Notes: generated by a model not told the origin, from the sequence alone. 64,000 bases of DNA from Eledone cirrhosa (GCA_964016885.1 OZ024760.1:23994001-24058000); one strand, 5' to 3'; counted from the stretch's first letter, positions 27,967 to 44,620 are shown. Made by a program: numbers and translations.

Positions 27967-28308
27967 ATATATATAATAATGAAAATATTGTGTACGGTGC
28001 TCAGGTGCACTACAACTCATCAAAAGTGTATGTATAGTACATAGGGTAATGTACAAACGTCAGGAAAATGAACAGTACATGAGTCATGATATACACATAT
28101 GTACATGCGCATGGAAGGGGCACATATATATATAATGATTTCAGATTTTAGGCACAAGGCCAACTATTTTCGGGGGGGGGGGGGCGATAGTGTGTTACTG
28201 GTACTTTATTTATCGACATGGAAAGGATGAAAGGCGGGATTTCTATTGATAATAAATAATCTTATTTCATCATTCAGTCTAGTTGCTCCTTATTCCCAGA
28301 TTTTCACT

Positions 28309-28398
<90 letters not shown>

Positions 28399-29002
28399 CG
28401 TCGTTTAAATGATTTGTTATGTGGTTGATTTATACGGACTAGGAAGAGGAAATGCTGTATATATTTTATCTAATAGTTTTACAAACTTGCAATTTTATAT
28501 ATAGCTCTGATTATTGATTATTTGCTTAATTAATTCTTCATTGAGCCACACCGTGAAAGGTAGCCAAAATCATATATGAATCTGTGACTATGTCTAATTA
28601 TATATATATATATATATATATACCCCTTTGAATTTATATATATATATATATATATTTATAATTAAATAAATATATATATATATTCAAAACAACGAACAGC
28701 GGAGGACGCGTTTCGCACCTTTTCGACAGACAACCTTTCCCCCACCCCGGAAAAAAACCCCAGTTGATGGATGTGCATCCGAAATATATAGGGACAATTA
28801 AATCTCTCCCAAGGTAACTCTCTCTCGTGTTGTTATTTTATTTTATCCTTTATGCTCTTTCCTTCATTCCTCTACACGTCTTATACACGCCACGCATCTC
28901 AACGTACACCTACTTACATCTCTCTCTCCACCACCGGATCTTGTTACCCGGAGATTTACGCATTTGCATTGTCGAGGCTTCCAAACGACTTAAAGAAATT
29001 TA

Positions 29003-29045
<43 letters not shown>

Positions 29046-29307
29046 AATAAATATAGATATATAGATATATCTAAATATATATAAATATACTTATGTATAT
29101 ATACATACATATATATATAGTTAAATACATTTATATATGTGTGTGCGTATATGTATTGGAATTTCGTATTTCTAAAGAAATACGGTATGTTTATTGATAA
29201 ATATTTAGAAAACCGTAGATATGTAAAAACACCTGAGGCTGACGCCCCCTGGTGGTATCTGTATACAGATATCCCCAAAGTTCAATCCTAATTCTAGTCT
29301 ATATAAT

Positions 29308-29362
<55 letters not shown>

Positions 29363-29366
<4 letters not shown>

Positions 29367-29949
29367 AATTGAGGTTGGTAATGGCACATGGAATATATAA
29401 GAGAGTGTGTATGTATATGTATGTGTGTGTGTATGTATGTGTGTATATGCATATATACATACACACATATGTATATGTATATGTATATGTATGTATGTGT
29501 GGATGAAGGTACATGTGTGTGCACATATAGGTGCAAGTGCACCAAATCCCTTTCTACCACGCTTTCATCTGGGTAGCAGCGGCGGGTTGACTGCTGTGTC
29601 CCTTTCTGGTAGTGAATGGGGGGTTGTTTGGGGTGTGGGTTGTTTTATAGAGGTCAGATTTAGCAATCGCCGGCTGGCCAGCTGCTGGTCAGTGGGGGGT
29701 GGAAGCAATGTACATACGCATGTCTTCCTGTGGTGGGTGAGAGAGTGGAGCGTGGTAGAAAGGGATTTGGTGCACTTGCACCTATATGTGCACACACATG
29801 TACCTTCATCCACACATACATACATATACATATACATATACATATGTGTGTATGTATATATGCATATGCACACATACATACACACACACATACATATACA
29901 TACACACTCTCTTATATATTCCATGTGCCATTACCAACCTCAATTTTCT
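29363..29949. repeat. ~200-bp near-perfect inverted repeat with 185-bp spacer
   Basis: 29363-29563 versus 29749-29949; flanked by (TA)n. Confidence 0.9.
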
Positions 29950-29982
29950 CTATAACCTTCGTTTTGTGTAGAAAATTACACT

Positions 29983-30031
<49 letters not shown>

Positions 30032-30055
30032 CATATATATGTACATATATATATA

Positions 30056-30127
<72 letters not shown>

Positions 30128-30317
30128 AACCAGTAAGACCCCGACAGCTGAGCTCAAGCCGTTTCGACGGCTAATTCTGGAGTCCAGAATTAGCCGTCGA
30201 AACGGCTTGAGCTCAGCTGTCGGGGTCTTACTGGGTCCTATTACCCACTCTACTACCTCAAGTATTGAGTACTTTGGTGCGTTATGGTCCACCTGGTTCC
30301 TTACCACATTTCCTTCG

Positions 30318-30374
<57 letters not shown>

Positions 30375-30830
30375 TGTCTTTACGACGAAGACCTGAAAAT
30401 CCGCCTCTTCGTTGCTGTAGTGGAGTCTGTGCTGCTGTACGGTCTGAGATTTGGACACTGACCAAGAAACTCACTCAGATGGTGGATGGGTGCTACACGA
30501 GAATGCTTAGGATGGCTCTGAACATTAATCAGTATACACTGAGGATGAAAAACTCAGAGCTGTATGGGAGCCTCTCAAAAGTGACACAGAGAGGAGACTG
30601 AGGTTAGCTGGACATGCTCACCGACATCCAGAGTTGACACTGCACTCAGTGCTCCTGTGGGAACCCCTACATGGACACACTGGAAGAGGAAGACAGAGGG
30701 TTAACGTATGTTGATGCCCTAAGGACAGGCACTGGTCTGTTGGAGACGCAGGACATGGCAGCGATAATGAGGGACAGAGACCACTGGAGAGAACTCGTCC
30801 ATGGTCTCGGAAATTTTACCCGCCCTAGAG
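30375..30830 (+). mobile_element. RTE-clade LINE 3' fragment (frameshifted)
   Basis: [17 protein letters not shown] / [30 protein letters not shown] / RRLRLAGHAHRH..LLWEP..GRGR / TYVD..MRDRDHWR. Confidence 0.85.
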
Positions 30831-30861
30831 ATATGTACATGTCTATACATATATATCTACA

Positions 30862-30908
<47 letters not shown>

Positions 30909-31667
30909 AATATGGGGAGAAGAATACTGCATGGTTGCACATGGATTACATATTATAAAATTAGTCCCTCATCACTGATTTGCCAACCATCATTGGTATT
31001 TCATCGCATTAAAAATCATATACCTCACTATGGTGCGAGCAATAACTAAAATAAGTTATTGGGACAAGTGAAACGCGTAAAGCCAGTGAGACAAGTAAAC
31101 AACACGAAGGGAAGGCTAACCGAAGATGGGAAGAAAAAACAAGCAACATGGTTATTCGATCAGTATAAACTGGGTGAATTCATGAATAGGTTCAAGAGCC
31201 AGACGGTAGAGTTCAAGCTGTTTCGACGATGCTTCTGGACTCAGTTAACTACGACAAATGACGTTAGTATGTATTTCTTTCTCTCTCTCTCCCTCTCCCT
31301 CTCTTTATTTATCTATCTTTTCCTGTCTATCTCACTCTCTCACTCAGCCTCAATCTATCCGTGTCTATCTATACTTGTCTCTCTATCTCTCCATCCCCGC
31401 CTCACTCTCACTCTCCATTTATCCCTGTCTTTCTCTATCTATCTATCCCCGTCTCTCTCTCTCTTTCTCTCCATTTATCCCTCTCTATCTCTTTCTCTCA
31501 CTTTCAATTTATCTATATTTCCCTCTCTCTCTCTCTCTCCTGCTCACTCACCATCTATCTATCCCTGTCCCTTTCTCTATCTATCTATCTTTCCCTGTCT
31601 TTCTCTCTCTCACTCTTAATCTATCTATCAATCCCCCTCTCTTTATCTCACTCTCTATCTATCCCTG

Positions 31668-31716
<49 letters not shown>

Positions 31717-32074
31717 CTGAATCCATCCATATTTCCCTGTTTTTCTCTCTCTATCTATCTATCTTTTCTTCTCTCTCACTCTATCTCTATCTATCTACCC
31801 CTGTCTCTTTCTCTCTATCTTTCCCTGTCTCCCTCTTTCCACTCTTAATCTAGCTATCCCTCTCTCTTTCTCTCTCTCACTCTCTATCTACCCCTGTCCC
31901 TCTCTCACTCAGTATCTATCTCTCCCTGCCTCTCTCTATCTCCCCAACCTATGTCCTCACTGACCATCAGTCGGTGTCACCCTTTCATCCCTAAATAATA
32001 AAGGTAATATTTGACACACTGACCCGCTGACCAACTACCGTATACCTCTTACACTTTCTACATAAACATACCTT

Positions 32075-33340
32075 CTCTCTTTCTTTCTCACCTCCCACCA
32101 CCACCACCACCAACTCGAACTTACCACTACCACACCATCACCACCACCACCATCGTCACCACCATTACTCGCCATCACAAAATATTCTCTCTCTCTCTCT
32201 TTCTTTCTCACCTACCACCACCACCACCACCATCACTATCACAATCTCTCTCTCTCTCTTTCTCACCCCCCCACCGCCACCACCAACTCTAACTTACGAC
32301 TACCACACCACCACCAACACCACCACCACCACCACCACCTCTCGCCACCACAATATATTCTCTCTCTCTCTCTTTCTTTCTCACCTACCAACACCACCAC
32401 CACCAACTCTAACTTACGACTACCACACCATCACCACCACCACCAACTCGAACTTACCACTACCACACCATCACCACCACCACCATCGTCACCACCATTA
32501 CTCGCCACCACAAAATATTCTCTCTCTCTCTCTTTCTTTCTCACCTCCCACCACCACCACCACCAACTCGAACTTACCACTACCACACCATCACCACCAC
32601 CACCATCGTCACCACCATTACTCGCCATCACAAAATATTCTCTCTCTCTCTCTTTCTTTCTCACCTACCACCACCACCATCACTATCACAATCTCTCTCT
32701 CTCTCTTTCTCACCCACCCCCACCGCCACCACCAACTCTAACTTGCGACTACCACACCACCAACACCATCACCACCACCACCAACTCTAACTTACGACTA
32801 CCACACCACCAACACCATCACCACCACCACCAACTCTAACTTACGACTACCACACCACCAACACCATCACCACCACCACCAACTCTAACTTACGACTACC
32901 ACACCACCAACACCACCACCACCACCACCACCTCTCGCCACCACAATATATTCTCTCTCTCTCTTTCTTTCTCACCTACCACCACCACCATCACTATCAC
33001 AATCTCTCTCTCTCTCTTTCTCACCCACCCCCACCGCCACCACCAACTCTAACTTACGACTACCACACCACCAACACCATCACCACCACCACCAACTCTA
33101 ACTTACGACTACCACACCACCAACACCATCACCACCACCACCAACTCTAACTTACGACTACCACACCACCAACACCACCACCACCACCACCACCTCTCGC
33201 CACCACAATATATTCTCTCTCTCTCTTTCTTTCTCACCTACCACCACCACCATCACTATCACAATCTCTCTCTCTCTCTTTCTCACCCCCCCTACCACCA
33301 CCACCATCACTATCACAATCTCTCTCTCTCTTTCTCCTCT
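32075..33340. repeat. Compound CAC/CT minisatellite (AACTTACGACTACCACACC units)
   Basis: Seen directly; absent from the mirrored arm at ~53.4 kb. Confidence 0.85.
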
Positions 33341-33562
33341 CTCAATATCATCATCATCATCATCATCACCACCACCACCTCAATGCTATTCTTTCTCTTT
33401 CCCCCACCACCATCACATACCATATATCTCTCTGTCTTTCTCCTCCACCACCAATCTCCATCGTCACCACCACCACAATGACCACCACCACCACCACCAT
33501 CACATTCTCACTCTACCCACTCTACACCCGTTCGTTTCTTTTCACGCTAACATTCTGTGTGT

Positions 33563-33598
<36 letters not shown>

Positions 33599-33687
33599 CG
33601 CCACCACCACCAACATCCCCGCTACCACCCCCTTCTCATCTTACCCATCCCCAATCGGGCATTTCACCAACCTCTGTCACCACCAAC

Positions 33688-33752
<65 letters not shown>

Positions 33753-33767
33753 TATATACCTATAAAT

Positions 33768-33860
<93 letters not shown>

Positions 33861-33879
33861 AATATATATACCTATAAAT

Positions 33880-33918
<39 letters not shown>

Positions 33919-33937
33919 AATATATATATATATAAAT

Positions 33938-34025
<88 letters not shown>

Positions 34026-34206
34026 ATATATAAATATAAAGAATTAAAAAGAACAGAAAGATGCAGTAAAAGAGATTTATTCGGTTCTTACGTACGTTTC
34101 AATAGACATCAATTTGCCTAGATCTCGCTACATGTCTCCTGTGTCCTGGAAAACATTAATGCACTCGTGCATAACCAATTATATATAAATATATATATAT
34201 CTAAAT

Positions 34207-34280
<74 letters not shown>

Positions 34281-34285
<5 letters not shown>

Positions 34286-34689
34286 AAAGAATAGAGGTGT
34301 AACACACAAGTTATTATATATTGGTAAACGGAATAGAAAATGCTGACAAATTGTTCACAGTTGAAAAATGGTTTAATTAGGAATAAAAGAGTATTAGTGA
34401 TTGTATGGGTTAGTATTCAGTTGTGGTTTTAAGTTTTTAAGTTTTTACCGGTTGCGCATTTCTAAATGCTTTTCAAAAATAATTTTGAGATAGAGTGTCC
34501 GTGCTGTTTGCTCTGATCTGATTAGTTTTGGGAATTCTACCTGTTTTTATGTTAAAAAAGTGGCTCCAGCGTAATTTTTGTGTTGCAAAAATGCTTGTGG
34601 TCAAAACAATTTTGATTGGTCGGTAGAGGTCATGTGAATGTAAAAAGTTGATTTTGCGCCAAGATTGAGAAATGACTCTTTCACAACAA

Positions 34690-34755
<66 letters not shown>

Positions 34756-34880
34756 TAAAATGTTAAAAAAGTGGCTCCAGCAAAAATTATTGGTCAAAAC
34801 AATTTTGATTGGTCGGTAGAGGTCATGTGGATAAAAAATTGGTTTTGCGCCAAGATTGAGAAATGACTCTTTCACAACAA

Positions 34881-34972
<92 letters not shown>

Positions 34973-35057
34973 TAAACAATTTTGATTGGTCGGTAGAGGT
35001 CATGTGGATAAAAAATTGGTTTTGCGCCAAGATTGAGAAATGACTCTTTCACAACAA

Positions 35058-35144
<87 letters not shown>

Positions 35145-36483
35145 TGTGTGTGTGTGTGTGTGTATGTGTGTGTGTGTGTGTGTGTAGTAGTAGTAGTAGT
35201 AAGGTGTTCGATGCTGCGACAATGGCCAGCAGCGATGTGTGTCAAATGGCTATTAAGATAAGTGTGTGTGTGTGTGTGTGTGTGTGTATACACACAGCAG
35301 AGTCATTCGAAGGTCAAAAGATATTTTTCAGCTTTTGTCTTATACGGAGAAGTGCGTGTGTGTGTGTGTGTGTGTGTGTATAAGTCTCTTTGTATGTTGA
35401 TGTACGCGTGTGTATGTGTTTGTGTATATATGTGTGTGTGGGGGGGGGGGTGGACCAGTATTTTTTCCCCCCTGGTAAAATGGTGTACATTATTCGATTT
35501 TTTCAGTAAAATCGGTTCTCTTAATAGAACATCAAAAATCTTAACAATAAAAGGTGTGAAATGATATTCACTATATATATACACACACACATTCACTACA
35601 TATATATATATATATACATATATACATACATATACATGCACATATATTTTTTTGTATTGCACCATAGAGCATGTGTGTTTACGTGTGTCATTGTGTTTAT
35701 ATGTGGGTAGAGATGTGTGCTGATGTAGGTATGTATGTTGACGTGTGTATGTTGTGGGTTCGTCTTAGGGAGAAGTGTTTAGACGGGGTCCGTATTTGTG
35801 AATGAAGTAAGATTCCTTGCTGATGCGCTGGGTGTGGGTGGCATTATCTTTAAATTTGTAGAGGGGAAAGATTCTGAAGTTGGGATGATTTGGGGCGGCA
35901 CAGGTATCAATGTGTTCACTCAGTGGTATTTTCCTGTATTCCCGTATTTTAATTTGGGATCTATGGACAGTCATGCGTTGGCGGAGGCTGTTTTTGGTCT
36001 GGCCTATGTATTGTTCTCGACAACCTGAACAAGTTAATACATATATTAGATTTTCCGATGCACATGTGAAATTGTGTTTTACTATAAAACGTTGTCCATC
36101 TTTGAAATAGAATTCCGAACCCTCTATTAGGTTGATGCAAATGCCACAGTTGGGTCTATCGCATTTTTTTACTGTGGGTTTCGTTGTTGTGGTTGGTTGA
36201 TACCTGTGCCGCCCAAAATCATCCCAACTTCAGAATCTTTCCCGTCTACAAATTTAAAGACAATGCCACCCACACCCAGCGCATCAGCAAGGAATCTTAC
36301 TTCATTAACAAATACGGACCCCGTCTAAACACTTCTCCCTAAGACGAACCCACAACATACACACGTCAACATACATACCTACATCAGCACACATCTCTAC
36401 CCACATATAAACACAATGACACACGTAAACACACATGCTCTATGGTGCAATACAAAAAAAATATGTGCATGTATATGTATGTA

Positions 36484-36520
<37 letters not shown>

Positions 36521-36667
36521 AATGTGTGTGTGTGTGTGTATATATATAGTGAATATCATTTCAGACCTTTTATTGTTAAGATTTTTGATGTTCTATTAAG
36601 AGAACCGATTTTACTGAAAAAATCGAATAATGTACACCATTTTACCAGGGGGAAAAAAATACTAGTC

Positions 36668-36705
<38 letters not shown>

Positions 36706-36825
36706 CACAAACACATACACACGCGTACATCAACATACAAAGTGACTTATACACACACACACACTTCTCCGTATAAGACGAAAGCTGAAAAATATCTTTT
36801 GACCTTCGAATGACTCTGCTGTGTG

Positions 36826-36879
<54 letters not shown>

Positions 36880-36963
36880 CACACACGCACTTATCTTAAT
36901 AGCCATTTGACACACATCGCTGCTGGCCATTGTCGCAGCATCGAACACCTTACTACTACTACT

Positions 36964-37014
<51 letters not shown>

Positions 37015-37520
37015 TACACACGCACACACACATATTTGTTGTGAAAGAGTCATTTCTCAATCTTGGCGCAAAACCAATTTTTTATCCACATGACCTCTAC
37101 CGACCAATCAAAATTGTTTTGACCAATAATTTTTGCTGGAGCCACTTTTTTAACATTTTAACATAAAAACAGTCTTGGCGCAAAATCAACTTTTTACATT
37201 CACATGACCTCTACCGACCAATCAAAATTGTTTTGACCACAAGCATTTTTGCAACACAAAAATTACGCTGGAGCCACTTTTTTAACATAAAAACAGGTAG
37301 AATTCCCAAAACTAATCAGATCAGAGCAAACAGCACGGACACTCTATCTCAAAATTATTTTTGAAAAGCATTTAGAAATGCGCAACCGGTAAAAACTTAA
37401 AAACTTAAAACAACAACTGAATACTTACCCATACAATCACTAATACTCTTTTATTCCTAATTAAACCATTTTTCAACTGTGAACAATTTGTCAGCATTTT
37501 CTATTCCGTTTACCAATATA
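34281..37520 (-). mobile_element. Penelope-like element, 5'-truncated, with long inverted copy of its 3' end
   Basis: 34316-35910 is inverted at 36197-37520; GIY-YIG coding sequence spans the spacer; flanked by (TA)n. Confidence 0.85.
35765..36190 (-). pseudogene. Penelope-like GIY-YIG endonuclease with Cys linker (Neptune-like), 5'-truncated
   Basis: Manual translation CDRPNCGIC..FTCASENLIYVLTCSGCREQYIGQTKNSLRQRMTVH..LSEH..KESYFIHKYGPRLN. Confidence 0.88.
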
Positions 37521-37529
37521 TAAATATAT

Positions 37530-37568
<39 letters not shown>

Positions 37569-37571
37569 AAT

Positions 37572-37604
<33 letters not shown>

Positions 37605-37620
37605 AATATATATATATATA

Positions 37621-37652
<32 letters not shown>

Positions 37653-37845
37653 GGAACCAGTAAGACTCCGACGGCTGAGCTCAAGCCGTTTCGACGGCTA
37701 ATTCAGTCCAGAATTAGCCGTCGAAACGGCTTGAGCTCAGCCGTCGGGGTATTACTGGTTCCTATTACCCACTCTACTACCCTAAGTATTGAGTACTTTG
37801 GTGCGTTATGGTCCACCTGGTTCCTTACCACATTTCCTTCGTTAT

Positions 37846-37878
<33 letters not shown>

Positions 37879-37905
37879 AATATATATATACATATATATA
37901 TATAA

Positions 37906-37940
<35 letters not shown>

Positions 37941-38411
37941 GAAATATATATATAGAAATATATAAATTACATATATACATATATATATATAAATATATAC
38001 CACCCTTGCAAGCATATATATATATATATAAGTATATCAATATAAATATATAAAGATATATATATATAAATACATATATATATATAAATATTATATATAT
38101 ATATATATGTGTGTGTGTGTATAGTAATAATTATAAATTTGAAGACTAAAATCCAAAGAGGGCTCGATAAGGATAAATATATCTCGTTAAGGGTGAAAGC
38201 AGCGATTCTTTGCTTAAACTTTAATCTGTTATTTTAATATATATATATATATATTGTTATACTTGGGAAGGGTCATATTGTTGTAATAATATTGTCAGAA
38301 TTAATAACAGAACACACTCACTGTTTGGTTGGTTTTCGCTTCTCCATAGTTAATTTATTTGGCAATCAACGTTTATCATTGATTGACCAACGGTTAAAAG
38401 TACAGATATAA

Positions 38412-38454
<43 letters not shown>

Positions 38455-38471
38455 TATACATATATATATAA

Positions 38472-38577
<106 letters not shown>

Positions 38578-38829
38578 TTTCTGAATTTGTTTAGCAAGAT
38601 TCTTTATCTGAAATCGTGTGTTGAAACCGGTATTGTTATACTTTGGGAGGGTCATGTTGCCAATAAGAAACACACGCACCAGTTGCTTTCACTTCAATTT
38701 AATTTATTATATATTTATAAATTTACAAATTTATAAATTTGTAAATTTATAAATATATAATAAATTAAATTGAAGTGAAAGCAACTGGTGCGTGTGTTTC
38801 TTATTGGCAACATGACCCTCCCAAAGTAT

Positions 38830-38933
<104 letters not shown>

Positions 38934-39040
38934 ATATATACAAATTTATATATGTATATATATATATATATATATACACACACATATACATATGGGTTAT
39001 ATCGAACATGGATAATGATGTTCGATTCGTTAGTAAACAA

Positions 39041-39098
<58 letters not shown>

Positions 39099-39792
39099 CT
39101 GCGTGTGTGTGTATAACTGTATGTAGTTGACTCAATTCCGAAGTAAAATTTAAATATTCATTTCATAGATATGGTTATTATATACCCACAAATTAGTGTT
39201 ACCAATAAAATCAATACAACATATAGTAAAAAATCGATAATCGAATCAATTAACAAGAATATCTATGTGTGTGTGTGTGTGTGTGTATCAATCAAATGTG
39301 AATATCTGGAAATAAGGAACAACAAGACTGAATTATGAAATAAGATGATTTATTATCAATATAAAAGAGAGAAAAAGTAGTTTAAGTGTTCAAATTAATC
39401 TGTATTTGGAAGACAGGTGAATCTTGATGTAAAGAACGAGACAGGTGTTTGGTGTAACTGGTACAGCACTAAATATATGTCTTGAGGTGTAGAAAGTATA
39501 AAGTAGTTGATGTATAAAGAATATTTTTATACCAGTTATATCTTCGCGTAAAGATAATATAAAGTATTTGTATAAAGAATGTTTTCTCACAAGTTCGATC
39601 TAAGTATTTAGAAAATAGATTCTATTTTCGTAAGTGTAATATTATTTTTCAGTATATGTTGATGTTAAGAAATTATAAAGTATTTAGTACATAGAGGACT
39701 TTACCAGCTGAATCATGTTAGTGTTAAGATATTATTTCAAATGTCTCTTACATTTGACTATATTTCACACCAGTTATATCTTGGCGAAATTA

Positions 39793-40284
39793 TCAATATC
39801 TACCTTTCTTTGACTTCGGTTCTGTAGATGAATCTCTTTCATTACAATCCAAATATCTTTTCAACAACAACTTCTTCCAATATGTCTTTAAATATTTCAA
39901 GTTTTCTAAATCTTTATCTTTACATTTTATCTTCGTATCTTCTTTCTTTTCCACATCAGTTGATAGGGAGCTTGTCTTTACTTTCCAGCCATCATTATCT
40001 GCCACAACCGTATCAAAGTTGGTGGTTATTATTGATATATTTTCTTTATCTTCCACCAAAGTTGAGATGTTGGTAGTTTTCAAAGTTGAGATGTTGGTAG
40101 TTTTCAAAGTTGAGATAACATTCTTCTCGTTCTTTGAGTTGCTTCTTTGAGAGGAACGAGTTGACCGGAGGTTTCTTTGAGAGAGTTCTGTTGTGGAGAT
40201 TTTTCCATACATTGGACATTTCTTATCCGTACTCATATGACCCCACTTGAAACACTTCATACAGCGTACATTGGTCATTTCCAT
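39793..40284 (-). CDS. Truncated CIR1-like zinc-knuckle protein, copy 1 (163 aa, intronless)
   Basis: NVRCMKCFKWGHMSTDKKCPMYG matches the CX2CX4HX6C knuckle of CIR1 as I recall it ([20 protein letters not shown]); basic C-terminal KSKKGR; paralog at 48550-49068. Confidence 0.65.
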   Translation of the reverse strand: MEMTNVRCMKCFKWGHMSTDKKCPMYGKISTTELSQRNLRSTRSSQRSNSKNEKNVISTLKTTNISTLKTTNISTLVEDKENISIITTNFDTVVADNDGWKVKTSSLSTDVEKKEDTKIKCKDKDLENLKYLKTYWKKLLLKRYLDCNERDSSTEPKSKKGRY

Positions 40285-41742
40285 TTCGGCAGAATAGAGA
40301 GGATTTGTCGCTGATGGTCTGGGTTAGAATGACGTTGGTCTCAGGTATAGATGTTTCGTGGAGGACGAGATACTGGTGGTGTTTGAAGAAAGAAGCTTTC
40401 CCTTTGAGTACTTGTAAGTTGTACGTCTGTAGTGGTAACTACAGGTGATCTGGCTGAATATCTCGAAACGGAGTGGTCAGTTTTAATTCGACATACTGAC
40501 CTGTTGCCCTCCTCCCTGTTACCTGCTCCACATTGTAAAGAAACATTCCTTCTCTCTCTCTCTCTAATTTCCCCAACACCACCACAGTCTCATAACCCCC
40601 CTCCACCCCCTCTCTCATTTACCCAACACCACCACTACAATCATACCCCCCTTCTCTTTCTCTCTATCCCCCTCTCTCTCTATCTCACTCCCCCCCCCCC
40701 CAACATCACCACTATCACTTACTCTCTCTTTTGTTTTACTCCCCACCAGCACACACTGGTCACTACGACCAACCACCACCACCATCACCATCACCACCAC
40801 CACCACCACCACACCACCACCACCATCCTCACCACCATCATCACCATCACCAGCACTATCACCACCTCCACCACCACCACCCTCACCACCACCACCACCA
40901 TCAACACCACCAACGTTAGTGATGGTGGTGATGATGCTCGTGTTGGCGGTGGTGATGGGGTGTGATGGTTGCGGTGGTGATGGTGATGGTGGTGGTCTTG
41001 TTGAAGGGGATGATGGTGGTGTTGGCGGTGATGGTGGCGGTGATGGTGGTGGTGATGGTGGTATTGGTGGTGGTGGTGGTGGTGGTGGTGAAGGTGATGG
41101 TGGTGGTGATGTTGTTGTTGTTGATGGTGGTGTTGGTGTTCGTAGCGACGTGTTTGGTGGTGGGGAGGAAAACAAAAGAAAGTGATAGTAGTGGTAACGA
41201 TGTGGGGGCGAGGGGGTTAGAGTGATTCGATTATCGATTTGTTACTTTTAGTTGTATTGATTTTATTGGTAACACTAATTTGTGGGTATATAATATCGAC
41301 ATGTGTGAAATGAATATTTAAGTTGTACTCCGGAAATGAGTCAACTACACAGCTATATAAATCGGTGTCACCCTTTCAGCCCTAATTAAGACAGGTAATA
41401 TTTGACACACTGACCTACTGACCAACTGCCGTTATACCTGTCTACATAAAAATACCTTCTCTCTTTCTTTCTCACCTACCACCACCACCACCACCAAACC
41501 TAACTTACGACTACCACACCACCACTACCGTCATTCACCACCACCACCATCACCATTACCAGCACCACCGTCACAAACACACTCTCTCTCTCTCTTTCTC
41601 TTCCCATTCCCCATATCATCACCACCTCCCACCACACCACCACCACCGAACCTAACTTACGACTACCACACACAAACAATACCACCACACCGCCACCACC
41701 ACAATCCCAGTCTCTCCCTCTCTCCTGCCAATATATATATAC

Positions 41743-41774
<32 letters not shown>

Positions 41775-41798
41775 GTATATATATATATATATATATAC

Positions 41799-41885
<87 letters not shown>

Positions 41886-41886
41886 C

Positions 41887-41981
<95 letters not shown>

Positions 41982-41982
41982 C

Positions 41983-42965
<983 letters not shown>

Positions 42966-42987
42966 TTAATATATATATATATATACG

Positions 42988-43018
<31 letters not shown>

Positions 43019-43114
43019 TACCTTTTACCTGTTTCAGCCATCCGGCTGAGGCCATGCTGGGGCACCGCCCTTGTGGCTACACATTTTATCTCCAGCCTAT
43101 ATATATATATATAA

Positions 43115-43154
<40 letters not shown>

Positions 43155-43391
43155 CAGGAAAGAAGGTTTACAAGGTTTGCTATACAATAAAGTTTTTAAT
43201 CACATAGCTTACACTTGTTTCACTGAACTGGTATGTCTAGAGATCGCTATCCGCCTAATTTTGCGTCACTCGATCGCCAATACAGAATTATAACCAGTCA
43301 GATCTTCGGAGCATGCGAGAATGAAGAAAATACACAGGCAAGAAAAGAAAAGAAAATATGGAGTAGTTATGGCATTCAATTAGAACAATAA

Positions 43392-44261
43392 CATAGGGTT
43401 AGACATGTAACACCTAGAGTAAACGGCCAAAACACTAATAACGGAAACAATAGAAGAAACAGACAAAGAAAATACCTATGGTTCAACCCAATATTCAACT
43501 CCTCTATAAAAACTAGACTGCCCTCTACATTCTTTAAACTAATAGATAAACACTTCCCTATCTCGCATAGATATCACAAAATACTCAATAGATCTACTAT
43601 AAAACTCTCTTTCTCAACAGCAGCTAACATAGAATCACACATACGCAAGATCAACCACAGAAATATCTCAAGTAAATCAATTGCACCTATACATAAGCAC
43701 AAACTCATCACAACATCACAACCACAAGCGCATACAAACGCGCAGCAGCAAAACCCCATTGGGCATATATCACAACCCACTTATAACAGGGTACTAAATA
43801 GTAATGTAAAAGCTGCACAAAATAGCGCCTCAAACTGCAACTGTCACCTCCCAGATAGATGCCCATTGGCGAACAGATGTCTCGATTCGAGCCTGGTGTA
43901 CATGTGCACTGTCATCTCGGGTAACTCCACCTGGAATTACATAGGATCCACCGCGGGTTCTTTTAAGAAAAGATGGTATATGCACAGGCACTCAATGAAA
44001 AACCGTGCACTTATGGGTTCCACCACCCTCGCCAGAAAAATATGGGAATTGAAGGACAGCAACGCTAGCTACACTATCAACTGGTCGAAGTTGTCGGCTG
44101 CTAAAACCTATAGTACAGGGATGTCCTATTGCGGGCTGTGTGATCTTGAGCTATTGTATATCCTTAGAAATGTTAAAAGGCTACTTAATAATAAGTTAGA
44201 AAGATCTATCTTCTGCAGACATAGAATAGCCACTAGATTCATAAGATTCAAACCTCCGTGA
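43392..44261 (+). pseudogene. Penelope-like thumb/linker + GIY-YIG endonuclease (WFNP-type), 5'-truncated but uninterrupted (~290 codons)
   Basis: Frame extends upstream of the listed ORF without stops: RKYLWFNPIFN..FFKLIDKHFP..HKILNRSTIKLSFS..CNC..CPL..CL..VY..YIGST..FKKRWYMH..CGLC..CRH. Confidence 0.85.
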
Positions 44262-44589
44262 ATCGAACCAACATAACATAGCTTTAAATTAGGATACCTA
44301 CTACCCACAGAAATATATTAATTAAGTATACTATTTCCTTCACAAGTTTATACCACACAATTGTCTGTAAGTACCTCATCTACCAACAATCTTACTCCTT
44401 CTCAGCTGCTGCAATCATTTGATCCTAGATCCTAGTTTTTCTCATTTCACTACTACAATGTTACTTTACCTTCTTTTTGCCATAATTACAATTAGCACGC
44501 TTTTCTCTTTGCATGTATATATATTTTTGTACGAGTGTATATTGATGTGTATGTATGTGTCTATGTACACATATATGTGTATATATATT

Positions 44590-44620
<31 letters not shown>

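Noticed and set aside
28700-28790. Possible hammerhead (GCGAAACGCGTC on the minus strand)
   Set aside because: Only the 3' half is recognisable; no CTGANGA box was found.
39390-39590. 66-aa ORF identical in both duplication arms (also 49272-49472)
   Set aside because: GTG start, no recognisable motif; the identity is explained by the duplication, and this is probably 3' UTR.
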